A stretch of 64,000 bases of DNA, taken from positions 64,001 through 128,000 of IMG/VR virus record IMGVR_UViG_3300035158_000183; one strand, written 5' to 3'. Below the pieces are notes generated by a model that saw nothing but the letters and a program-made list of their open reading frames with translations, searched no databases and was not told where the DNA came from. Below are positions 43,735-54,200 of the stretch, piece after piece. Each line of letters opens with the position of its first letter. Position 1 is the first letter of the stretch. This stretch comes from a virus. Made by a program: the position numbers and the translations under genes.

Positions 43735-46700
43735 CTACAACCTCTCATGGATTCTATTAGCCAGACGTTGCGGACTCAAGGCCTCTCGGTTGTCTACTGT
43801 TCTAATCCGGGTCCGACCGCCTAAGTCTCCAGCTTGTCTCATGAAATTCTGGCCCATCTGGTTCGCATCAGGTGTAGGTATTCTAATACTAGCACGAGAT
43901 GCGGATCTCATTCCACTCATGTCGTACACCTTAGGCGACTGCATTATCCTTGCTGTTGGAGGACTCATACCCTGTCCGGCTGCAGGACCAATATAGTCGT
44001 CCCCCAGGTTCCTGCCACCAGCTGCTCCCTCTTTCGGTGCCGACAGCGAACCAGATACTGATGGGGCTGCTAGCATTACGCCGGCCGCCAGACTAGCCCC
44101 TATCATCAGTGGGGCTCTGGCATGGCGCAAAGCCCCGAAGACAGCTGAAGTTCTAGTCTTAGCCATACGCAAGGCCCTGGTGGCATTTTCGGTGAGGCTC
44201 GGCTGCCCGTAAGCTTGTCGCTGCATGACTGCTTGTGCCACATCGAGGGAACCCGTACGACGCTTGTAATACATGTGTATTAAGGTATTTAAGTCATCTG
44301 GCACGCGGCCTTTGGCCAACTGTGCTTCCTTGACAGCAACGTCTACATCTGCACCAACTGCACGTACACCACTTATGATGTCTTCCGCAGCCTGTCTGGG
44401 GCTGAATTTCAGTGTTCTAGCACCCTCCCGACCGGTCACAGGATTAGTGATGCTACCAGATACTACACGATCTTCTTCGCCCATTATTCTCTTCAGCACA
44501 CTCTCCATCCCACTTGCATCTTGTTGCTGTATAGCATGGGCAATATCTTGATACATCTGACTCTGGTAGGCTCCGTGCTTACCACCAATAGCGGCTTCTT
44601 CTAGGTGCCAGAACAATTCAGCCATTGGACGATACTTCTCTGGAGCTGCGTACTGTAGGCCCAGTTTGGCTTTCTGTAAAGCTATATTAACCTGCGGGGT
44701 GGCTATTTTGGCTGTTGTGAGGTTCGCAGCTCCCTGCATCATAGCCTCACGTCTTGTCATTTCAGCGATACCCTTAACCCCTCCAAGCTTTGCTGCCTGG
44801 CTCTTGATCAGATCTTTCATAGCATAATGATTGAATAAATAGCTGGTATATCCTTCAGCAATTTCACTATCCATCTTGCGGGTTAGTCTGTTAAAGGTGT
44901 CTCTGTCTGATATAGCAGCTATAGAAAACGCATCTTTATCAAAATCACCTTTCATACCTACCATGGGAGATATATCTACTTGGCGTTGTACGCCACCAAT
45001 AGTCAATGACCCCTCTTGGTATGGTGAGGCTATTAGCTCGTCTGCTAGATTCCGGTCTACCTGAAACCGCGCGAATTGGAAACTCTCTGGTCCGGTGAGA
45101 GGGTGGCGCCAGACACCCGCAACCACAGCCTGATTCTTCTTTAGCAACATTTCTTTCTGGAACTTCAATAGCTCTCGCTGGTCATCCGTCTTGGCATTCT
45201 CCAGCAACTCATCCATCATTCTCTGGGCGGTGCGTGGGGAGACACGGAAAGCTCCAGCAGCTTGGGCTGTCTGTTCCGCAGTTTGTCGGACACCTGTCAG
45301 ATACCTGGTTCCCAACAGCTTGCCTTTAGCAATGGTTGCCTGGCGCTCTGTGGCAGCTACAACCTTGCTCCGTAATGAGGCAGCTGCGGCCTCAATTTCT
45401 TCTGTAGCCGCCCCTCTAGCTAGCTGATAGCGTAAATTTTGTAGTTCCTGCATAACATCCGTATCAATCATACGGCCGCCCTGAGCACGGAACTGCTGCA
45501 TAAGCTCTGGGGCTTCCTCAAAACCTGGCACATATAGCCGCTTGGCGCCCCCTAAAGCTTCTATATCCTGGCCTAACGGGACATACCTTCCTTGTGCTCT
45601 CCGCAAGTCTTCTTGGGTCATCTGTGCCAGTGTTTTCTCAGCAGTAGGTATATCCCCAGTCCATCGTTCGACAAGGCCTTCTTCACCCAGCACAGTGCCC
45701 ATCATACGATTAGCTGCTACTAAGTCAGTTTTGCCATAGGCTCGAGTACCCAGCTCTGCTGCCAATGCTTGGCCCTCCGCACCCTTCATGGCTAACAAGC
45801 GCATGCCAGCTTGCTCAATTGTAGCCATGCCACCTGCACCACCTTCAGCTGCTAGATCACCCAGACGACCCTTCATAAGCCCCATCACACCAGTGGAGTC
45901 TGCCACTGCCTGACCAATGCCGAGGCTATCTGCTACACCCTGATCCATCAGACCGAAAGTGAGGCCCATCTCTTCAGCAGTAAACCCAAAACGCTTGGCT
46001 GTTCTTGTCATACGCCGCTGCAGATCGAATACAGCACGGTCAGCAGTTGCTGCGTTCAGGCTACTGACTCCCATGATACGAGCTGGATCCTCTAAAAAGC
46101 TTCGGGCCACAGCCTCGCTTCCAGCCAGTGTGCCGGCATCTATCTTGCCAGCGGTTATGAGAGACATAGCCTCCATCTGCTGAGTCAGCTGGGCCATTAG
46201 GTTACGTTGGACCAGCTTGCCAGACCACATAGCCTGCACGGCCTGTCCGCCTATCTCTGTAGGTGCGCCGGCTACCCCGAGCATGCCAGCTAATTCTTTC
46301 TGCGTTTGAGCCCTACCCATGAACTTAATATCTTCACTGAAAAATTTCCACCACTTATCTCGACCTATGCGGTGCCGTTCGCGTACGTACACCGTAGCGG
46401 CATGATCGTCCGTAAGTTCGGCTGCAATAACTTCAGCAGCTTCCCCGCCTGCTTGAGCCTCTGCCCATAGCGGTGCGCCAGTGTGGCGCTCAACTCCTAT
46501 AAACCCTTCTTGTCCTATAGGAGTAGCGAATTCTCGCACTTCTCCGATGCGAGCACCCTTAAGCTTAGCCAGTATCTCTTCATTCACCCTGAGGCCTTCT
46601 CGTAGGTTTATCTTCTTTGCTACAACACGCTCATACTCCATCATATCGGCTGCTTGCTCTGCGATAAGTCCCTCTTCCAGGAACATTCTCTTGTTCAGTT

Positions 46701-48228
46701 CCTCAGCGAGAAAGTTTCCTTCGACCATTCCTCTCTGTAGGGCCTGCTTCTCGTTAGCAGTCTTGGCATAGAACGTTACTAGCTGAGGAGCAGTATAAGC
46801 CTCGGCTGCCGTAGCCGCATGTCCACCGTGTACCATTCTCTGATAGGCTGGGCCCTGAATCTTGCGTTCTAACCGGCTATAGTATTCGCCAAAAGTACCA
46901 GCGAATGGTGTGGCCTTAGCCTTAGCTTCCGCCGTGACACCCCACTCTCCCCTAATAAACTGGAAAGGTTGTTGTTCAGTACCCACTAAACGGCCTAGTG
47001 GGCCATATAGCTCTTCGGCAGGTGTCATACGCTCGTGCACGCCTGCCATAAATACACCTCTGGCTACGGGATCCGGACCGCCAACAGGCCACAACTGCCG
47101 TCCGCCTGCTGCAGCTTCCTCCACCATCTTTCCGCGTAATTCTTCAGTCATTTTGCCTGCATACACTGCTTGCTGGCCCAACATCCGTGCTCTAGCCCTG
47201 CCTCCAGAAGGCAGCACTGCTTCAGGCAAGGACCAAACTGCCATTGCTCTGTGTGATGCGTCCCGGTCATGAAGAGCTTCTATGATTCGATGATTTATCT
47301 CAATTACTGTGTTCTTAACACCTGTAGTGGTCTTCTGTCTGGATATGGCGTTGGCCAGAAGATCTACGTACTCATCAGCATAGTTGCGTATAGCTCCTGT
47401 CTCACCATAGGCACGCCGGGTTCTATATCTGGCTGTGAGTCGCTGTCCGCCATAGGCCATCCCTGCACCCTCTAGCGGAATATTTATAGCTTCTCTTCCG
47501 ATAGCCGCTCTTAGTACAGGAACTTCAGCAAACTTACCGCCACCTAGTGCTTCCCGGACCATCTCCACACCACGCCAGTCTATCTCCCCGCCAGCTTTGC
47601 GCATAGCTTCATCCAGCCTCTCCTGTATGGCCACGGCTTTGGGAAAGTCTTGAATAGGTTTTACTGGTCTGTCAATGGTCGTGCCCACAAACTCGCCCGG
47701 TGATATGGCTGCCTCCGCTCTGGCCGCCCATGGAGTGCGTCCGCCTAGAGTGGGATCTGCTGTTAGAGACCGCAGGCGCCCAGCAAAGACATCAGCATCA
47801 CCCAGCAAATCCTGAATCTCAGCAGCAGCTTGCCCATAAGCCTTCTTGTATGTAGACTGGCCCATGATATTTTGGAAAGCTGTGTAAGCTTCCTCTTCAC
47901 TATAACGGCCACCTGCCATAATAGCTTCATAGGCGGCAGCGGCTATATCATGCTGCAGCACCTTGCCGCCTGGGCCAATCTTGGATAGCTCGTGAATAGC
48001 CAGATCTGATGTGTCCACCGTGCTCTTGATGGTGCGTTGCAGGTTGAACCCACCCATACCAGGTACTCTTGCCGCTACTTCGCCAGCAATATCTCTGGGC
48101 ATTGTAGTGAAAAGACCCCTGAGAGCGGGATGGGCCCGGTACAAACCTACGCCAGCACCTCCCAGCAGAGCTGCACCTGCAGTAAACCCCCAGAGTGGTG
48201 AACGTTCTTGATAATTGTTATCTGGCAT
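43735..48228 (-). CDS. Putative single-chain two-barrel (beta+beta' DPBB) RNA polymerase, likely virion-associated
   Basis: 1497 aa. Beta-like motifs in order: FLEEGLI, VYVRERHRIGRDKWWKFFSEDIK, GQAVQAMWSGKLVQRNLMAQ, GGMATIEQAGMRLLAMKGA. Then beta'-like motifs: GKLLGTRY, VSPRTAQRM, WRHP, SPMVGMKGDFDKD (44932-44949). Hydrophobic segments at both ends. Confidence 0.72.
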   Translation of the reverse strand: MPDNNYQERSPLWGFTAGAALLGGAGVGLYRAHPALRGLFTTMPRDIAGEVAARVPGMGGFNLQRTIKSTVDTSDLAIHELSKIGPGGKVLQHDIAAAAYEAIMAGGRYSEEEAYTAFQNIMGQSTYKKAYGQAAAEIQDLLGDADVFAGRLRSLTADPTLGGRTPWAARAEAAISPGEFVGTTIDRPVKPIQDFPKAVAIQERLDEAMRKAGGEIDWRGVEMVREALGGGKFAEVPVLRAAIGREAINIPLEGAGMAYGGQRLTARYRTRRAYGETGAIRNYADEYVDLLANAISRQKTTTGVKNTVIEINHRIIEALHDRDASHRAMAVWSLPEAVLPSGGRARARMLGQQAVYAGKMTEELRGKMVEEAAAGGRQLWPVGGPDPVARGVFMAGVHERMTPAEELYGPLGRLVGTEQQPFQFIRGEWGVTAEAKAKATPFAGTFGEYYSRLERKIQGPAYQRMVHGGHAATAAEAYTAPQLVTFYAKTANEKQALQRGMVEGNFLAEELNKRMFLEEGLIAEQAADMMEYERVVAKKINLREGLRVNEEILAKLKGARIGEVREFATPIGQEGFIGVERHTGAPLWAEAQAGGEAAEVIAAELTDDHAATVYVRERHRIGRDKWWKFFSEDIKFMGRAQTQKELAGMLGVAGAPTEIGGQAVQAMWSGKLVQRNLMAQLTQQMEAMSLITAGKIDAGTLAGSEAVARSFLEDPARIMGVSSLNAATADRAVFDLQRRMTRTAKRFGFTAEEMGLTFGLMDQGVADSLGIGQAVADSTGVMGLMKGRLGDLAAEGGAGGMATIEQAGMRLLAMKGAEGQALAAELGTRAYGKTDLVAANRMMGTVLGEEGLVERWTGDIPTAEKTLAQMTQEDLRRAQGRYVPLGQDIEALGGAKRLYVPGFEEAPELMQQFRAQGGRMIDTDVMQELQNLRYQLARGAATEEIEAAAASLRSKVVAATERQATIAKGKLLGTRYLTGVRQTAEQTAQAAGAFRVSPRTAQRMMDELLENAKTDDQRELLKFQKEMLLKKNQAVVAGVWRHPLTGPESFQFARFQVDRNLADELIASPYQEGSLTIGGVQRQVDISPMVGMKGDFDKDAFSIAAISDRDTFNRLTRKMDSEIAEGYTSYLFNHYAMKDLIKSQAAKLGGVKGIAEMTRREAMMQGAANLTTAKIATPQVNIALQKAKLGLQYAAPEKYRPMAELFWHLEEAAIGGKHGAYQSQMYQDIAHAIQQQDASGMESVLKRIMGEEDRVVSGSITNPVTGREGARTLKFSPRQAAEDIISGVRAVGADVDVAVKEAQLAKGRVPDDLNTLIHMYYKRRTGSLDVAQAVMQRQAYGQPSLTENATRALRMAKTRTSAVFGALRHARAPLMIGASLAAGVMLAAPSVSGSLSAPKEGAAGGRNLGDDYIGPAAGQGMSPPTARIMQSPKVYDMSGMRSASRASIRIPTPDANQMGQNFMRQAGDLGGRTRIRTVDNREALSPQRLANRIHERL

Positions 48229-51200
48229 TACCTAACTCCCATCCTCTTGTGGGTTTCTCGCACTAATTCATCTCTAGAGTCAACGATTTCAATATCATAC
48301 TCATCCGGTCCTTTAGTAGCCAGACCACACCGCATCACCCTGCTGCCACTACCTCCATGGACCTTGGCTAGTGTTTCAGCATTCAGCTTGTGTATCATAA
48401 CATCTTCTAGCTCAGCACGGGCTTGCATATCTCGTATAAGGTCTTCATTAATATACGGTTTTCTAGCTAGGGCTCGCTTCCGAGCACCCCAAAGATCGAA
48501 CTCATGATGGTCGAGTCCGGCCATCTGCACATACTGAAGCTTAACATCCTCCATATCAACTGATGGACTATTATGATAGATTCCAATTGGAGAACAATAC
48601 ATGTGCTGGTCTTCAACTTCAAAATCGAGCACCGTGCCTTCGTATTGGGATCTTTCAATGGTCTCTACTCGATAAGCTATAAAGTTTTCACCTACTATAG
48701 CTGAAAGAGAAGAGCTAAGTGACTCTACTGCATATTGGGCTTTACCATTTCTCTTCTTTGGCCCATGCAAACTAGCAGGAATACCTTGTGCCTCATATAG
48801 CCGTTTGGCCATATAGCATAATTGTCTATTAGCAAGAATAAGTCTCCCCCGCTCATCTTTAGAAGCATCCCCTGTATTAAGGCCATCTAATAAAGCTGCT
48901 TGGCTCTTCTGAGTAATATTCTCTAACCAAGAAGGAGAATATTTTTGATCACAATATCTACCTACCCAATGATTAATAAGCCAACCGAAAATACTATTTG
49001 CTACTACTAAATATGCGCTTTCACTCTTAGGCTTCTTCTTAAATCTGATGATGCTATCTAATCCAAATTTATCTTTAATGATTTTTTGAGCTAATTCTAG
49101 AATTGGGACTTCATCTATATGCGCTGTAAACTGTACTCCTCTCATTCTGTCTCCAACAGCCCATGTGTTCCCTCCTGCTAAGTAATAGCCAATTAACCAA
49201 CAAGTAGCTTCATCTAATTTGATAAATCTATTGATTGGTTTAATTCTTCCTGTCTTCGGACGTAAAGTATCATCAAGTATCAGAGTATTGTTTGGAAAAC
49301 AATTAAGCTTACCAATATCTATTACTGGATCTTCATCAGTATGTTTTAGTAAAGGAATAGGCAAGTACGTATTTGTTGTAAGTTTACCTATAGGCATCCA
49401 TTTAGCAGAATAAGATTCATAATGCTTTGTAGTACAGAAATTACATTTCCACATTGTTGTTGCATGCGTGCATACAGATTCAGGCTTTAAATTGTATTTG
49501 CATCGTTCAGTCTGAATCCCAAGCACAATATGATTCTCTGTTGCTGCCATACAATAAACACTGTTGTGATGAGTTTTAACAATTATAATATCTTCATTTG
49601 TCTGTCTCTCAAAAACTTGTTTCACTTGGTTTTCTCCTTGCAAGGTAGTTAAAGACTGATCTAATTTTACGTCACTTGCATGGAGAATTCTACCATCTGA
49701 TGTTAAGATATCTTGTTTCGGAGGAACACACCACCCTAGCCAGTCTGCGCCTGGCAAGGAGTGGGTTTTGAAGTATTCCTTAGCCTTAAGTTCGCGTATC
49801 CATTCATCAAATGGGATCTTTCCATCTGTCTCGGCTCGCCACTGCTCTTCCATCTCCGGTGTGGCCCCGAAGCCTTCGGTCTTGCGCATAAGAGCAGTCG
49901 TAATTAGTGTCTGCTCATCTTCCTTGGTGGCTATACCCGCCTGCTCCTTAGCTCTAGCAGCTCCTGCTTCCTGTTGTAACCACTTGGACATATACAGCCG
50001 TTGTTCATTCTCAGGTATCAGGGACAGTATCTCCTCGCGCTCTTCTGGTGATCTGGCACCTGTGAAAGCAGCAAAGAAGTCACGCTCTCTGCGCGGCAAG
50101 GCCCTCATAGCAGCCACTGGTGACCCGAAGACGTCCAGCCCGAACATGGTCCGCTGCTGGAGTTCCTGTTCCTCCCTCACATCTGACCACCTATTATTGT
50201 GGCGCGCAATACGTTCTGCACGCTCTGCCTTCACCCAATCCAGCATATCGAAATATTCATTAATGTCACGACGTTGGCGAATTTGTTCAGGAATTCTGTT
50301 GAAACCTATAGCGTGTAGTGCCATGTCGGCTGCTGGCTGTAGAAAGTTCTCCACAGGACGATTCCAAAATGCTGCCTGGGTGCCAATAGCCTCTGAAGCT
50401 ATGTACTCCTCAATGGCTGATCGTTGTCTGATAAGCTTGGATGCCGGAGACATAGGCGTTAGATACTCCATAGGGGTCTCAATACCATGCAAGATAGTCT
50501 CGCTCATGCGTCCAGCCAAACGCTCAGCAGGAGTAAATCTTAGCTGCTCGAATTCATCGCGTAGCTCCTTGGCCTCGGCATACTTCTGCTCCGCCAGGAC
50601 TTGCCCGTAGTCCTGGTCGCCCATCATGGCTACAGCCTTCATGCGGCTGCCGCGCTTGGTCACATCATAGCGGCGGGACTCCATCTGAGGAGCCTTGATA
50701 GTAATCTTCTGCCCCTCAAAGTGCTCAGTGGCGAAGTCCATTGCCTTCTGCATGTTGGTGATGGCGCCCACGCCCTGCAGCTCGATAACCATGTCGCCGA
50801 ATTCTGCTGCCTTGATACGACGTGGATCTAAGACCTCTGTGACGGTGATATCCCTGGTGCCTAGTAGCTCTGGTCTGAAGCGATACTCAGTTATCTTGCG
50901 GCGCTGCTTCCTGGACTTGACCTGTTCCTCAACAGTTCTGACTAGCTGCTTATCTTGATCCGATAGCCTACCAAAGTTTCGCTTAGCCTTCTGTAGCGTC
51001 CACTTATATTCGTCTGACCACATAGCCACATCGCCCAGGATTTTAAGGCGGTGGACGAGTGGATACTCCTCTGGGTGGACCCCAGCTACCTCAGGATGCA
51101 GAGCCTCGTACCCAGGACCCGGCAGTCTGATTTCAGCTTCCTTGATCTTCTGGAATGGATTGCCATACTTCAGATCTAAGAAGTAGTCTTCGGGCATCCA

Positions 51201-54200
51201 GGACGGCATGGTATTCTTTAGAGGGTTATAGGTCTCAAGATAGCTTCTGGTGCGCGGAATAAAACGTCTCACTGGCTCCGAGTTGTGCAGAAGTAAATAA
51301 TCCCCAACAAAACAATGAGACTCTTCAACTTCTATATCAAAAACTTTAACTCCCGTGGCAGGCTCGGCTTTTACATTTCTAACTGAGTAATATAAAAACC
51401 CATCCTGAGTAAACTGCCTACCATTAGAGTGTTCGAAACTTTCTTCCCAATCATTGTCGAGAATAATGCGGCAATATCTATCATGTTGGTCTTTGCTAAA
51501 CTTAAGATAGGATCTAAGAGTTGGCTTGCGTTGTTCGCCCTGCGGATATTGATTGTTAGGTTTGGGAATTTCCAAGTAGTCATCTGTCACTGTGGCAAAT
51601 ACACCAAGTCTTGCCAGGACAATCCAAAGATCTCGCACTAGCCGATTAGACTTACTAGTAAACCCTCCTGAGTATTTCTCTTTATTACTCCACCCATCGC
51701 CACCAATTAAACCAGCAATTAGCTTAGGCAATAAAGAGATGGGCAGATCAATAAGCCACGCCAATTTCTTAGTGCCGGCATCGGTGCCGAATTGCTTAAG
51801 CCATCGTGCTAAAGGAATATTGTGTAGCCTTAAAGCACAACTTCCTTGTTCGGGTTTCGTAGATATGTTATAGCTAAATCCAAATCTGGCTGTGTATATT
51901 TCGCCCAAAATATGAGCTATATCCAGCTCTTCTAAAGCAAGAGTAAAAGTAATATCTCCAGCCTGTGGGTCAGCACTACCCTCAGCAATCCACCACCCCA
52001 CAAACCAAGCAAGATCACGACCGAATACAACCTTACGTGGAGTTCTTTTGGGAGAGTGCTTTTTCCGGTATGAATTTAATGCTTCCTTCGCATATTGATC
52101 GGGAACGATTTCTCTTAAATCTTTCCGAGACATAAGGGGATTATTCTCTAGTGCTTCTATAGCTTTGGCAAAATGTTTAGTGGCCCTAGAATAGATATAG
52201 TCGTCTGTCACCGTTGCTGTAGAAGCAGCGTAGGGACCAAAATCTATAGATATATCTTCGGAAGTAATACCACCGGGCAGCGGCATTACCACAAAATCAT
52301 TTGGCTCAATAGCATCAGCTCGAACCCATTGCCACGCAATCTCTGTGTCACACAATCCACAAACACTGCAATGTTTCTTAGGGCTATGTGGGGTGCATGG
52401 TCTGGCATGACTATCTCTACAGGGAATACGTTTATAAACAGCAACAGGGTGATTCCCCGTAACTCTTACCGTCTTATTACCAACCCTGGTATTGATAGTA
52501 ATCATCTGTTCGTCGGAGCCGCAGATCCTTTCAAAAACATTAAGTACTTGCTTTGTCTTCATACGGTGATCATAAACAGCATCACCTACTTGAATATCCT
52601 CGATGTTCTTCAGGCCATCCGGAGTAAAAACCTTCTCTCCGGCAGGTAAGCATGCACCTAGCGCACCACCCACATTGAGATGGCTCCATAGCCAGTACTC
52701 AGATCCGGTCTCCTTGCCCATGACGCCTAATGTTTGTAGGTTCTGGAAGAACTCCTCCCTACCCGTCATGGCATGCTCAATAGCTCCCTCAGCAAAACCG
52801 ACAAGACCTACAGCCTCACGTCTGCGGTACATAAGCTCGTTGAACAACTGGCTACCTTCTTCGGGTACTACCGGCGCTCCAGGACGCAAGCCCCCAAGCT
52901 CATACGCTGGCTCGGTTTCCTTGCGGACATCCGGTCGATGTACATACTCTCCCTCATCTAGCATCCATTCCTCAGGACGTATTAGCTTGCGAGGCTTGAG
53001 AGCTTTGCCCACTGTTGCCGCAACAAGAGGACCGAAAAATGGTACATCTTTACCGTAAGTGCCTGCAAGCGGGGCCGGCCGCTCATACTGATATTTTCTT
53101 TCGTAGTGGTACTTCCACTCGTCTGACCCGAACAGGGCCTTTAATGGATGGAGCCATGGGTCGTGTTCCCACTTCTCTTCTTCAGTACCATACATGCCCT
53201 TCTGGAATGCTCTGGTCCGCAACCTCTCCATGAAGTGAGGGCGGTAGTATTCTATGCGGCCACCCTCGTAAGGAGTAGAATTGTGCACCAAGAATGTACC
53301 CGCCTGGAATAGATGATCCGGGTGATCTACTTCGAAGTCATAGACAATATCATCATAATCTTCTGTTTCTATCGCGCAAATAACAGAGTAAAGTTTAGAA
53401 TTACAAACTTTATAGAAATATGGAATCCTACCTGGAGTCCACTTGATCCTATGCCTCCCCCTATAATCATTCTTCTCAAACTTACAAAGATAAGGATATT
53501 CTCCTAAGTTTAACAATATAGAGAATATTGCATCAAGAAGCCCTCGTCTACAAGAAGAGATAACACAGGTTCTTTGATCTAGATGTCCATCTCCACGCCG
53601 ATAACCCTCAACCAATTGTTCTTTAAAAGCTTTTGGTGCAGACATAAATACTTGTGGAAATATTTTGTCTTGTTGGCGCTCGCTATTATAAAACAGCTCA
53701 AAGAACATTCTGGCAAGCAAAGAACTGCAGATCCTTACGACCCAACAGCCTTCGTTTGTTTTCTTCTTGCCTTTCTTAAACCTTACTGTTGGTGTAATGC
53801 CAAATTCTTTCTCAGATATAGAGACAACATCATCAACTATCCATCGTTCTGATTTAGCGTGAACAGTTTCTATCATGTGGGGAATATCATTCTTATAAGA
53901 AATATTGCCTTCTGCTAAGAAGTAACCGAATAGACGGCCTAGTTCTGGTGTTAATGTTACAACTCTAGGGATTGAAGCCCCCCTAGATCTTTGAACCTTG
54001 CCACTATACCAATTCTTCTGTGCGGGGAGAAGAATATCTTCACAGATTAAGAAAAGACCAGTCTTTATCAAATCTTCAGAAATAAGCTCAGTTGATGTTT
54101 CCTTTAGCTGTGGGATAGGTATCTCTACTCTGTCGTTTACTCGAAGCCCTTTCGCTTCTACTTCAACAATTTCTTCTCCTCTAAGAACCGGAACCTTATG

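Noticed and set aside
47160-47290. LHDRDASHRAM...ARMLGQQAV as a match to RNAP beta [20 protein letters not shown]
   Set aside because: Suggestive and in the right order, but it needs an ~18-aa insertion and could be chance. Not counted as evidence for the RNAP call.
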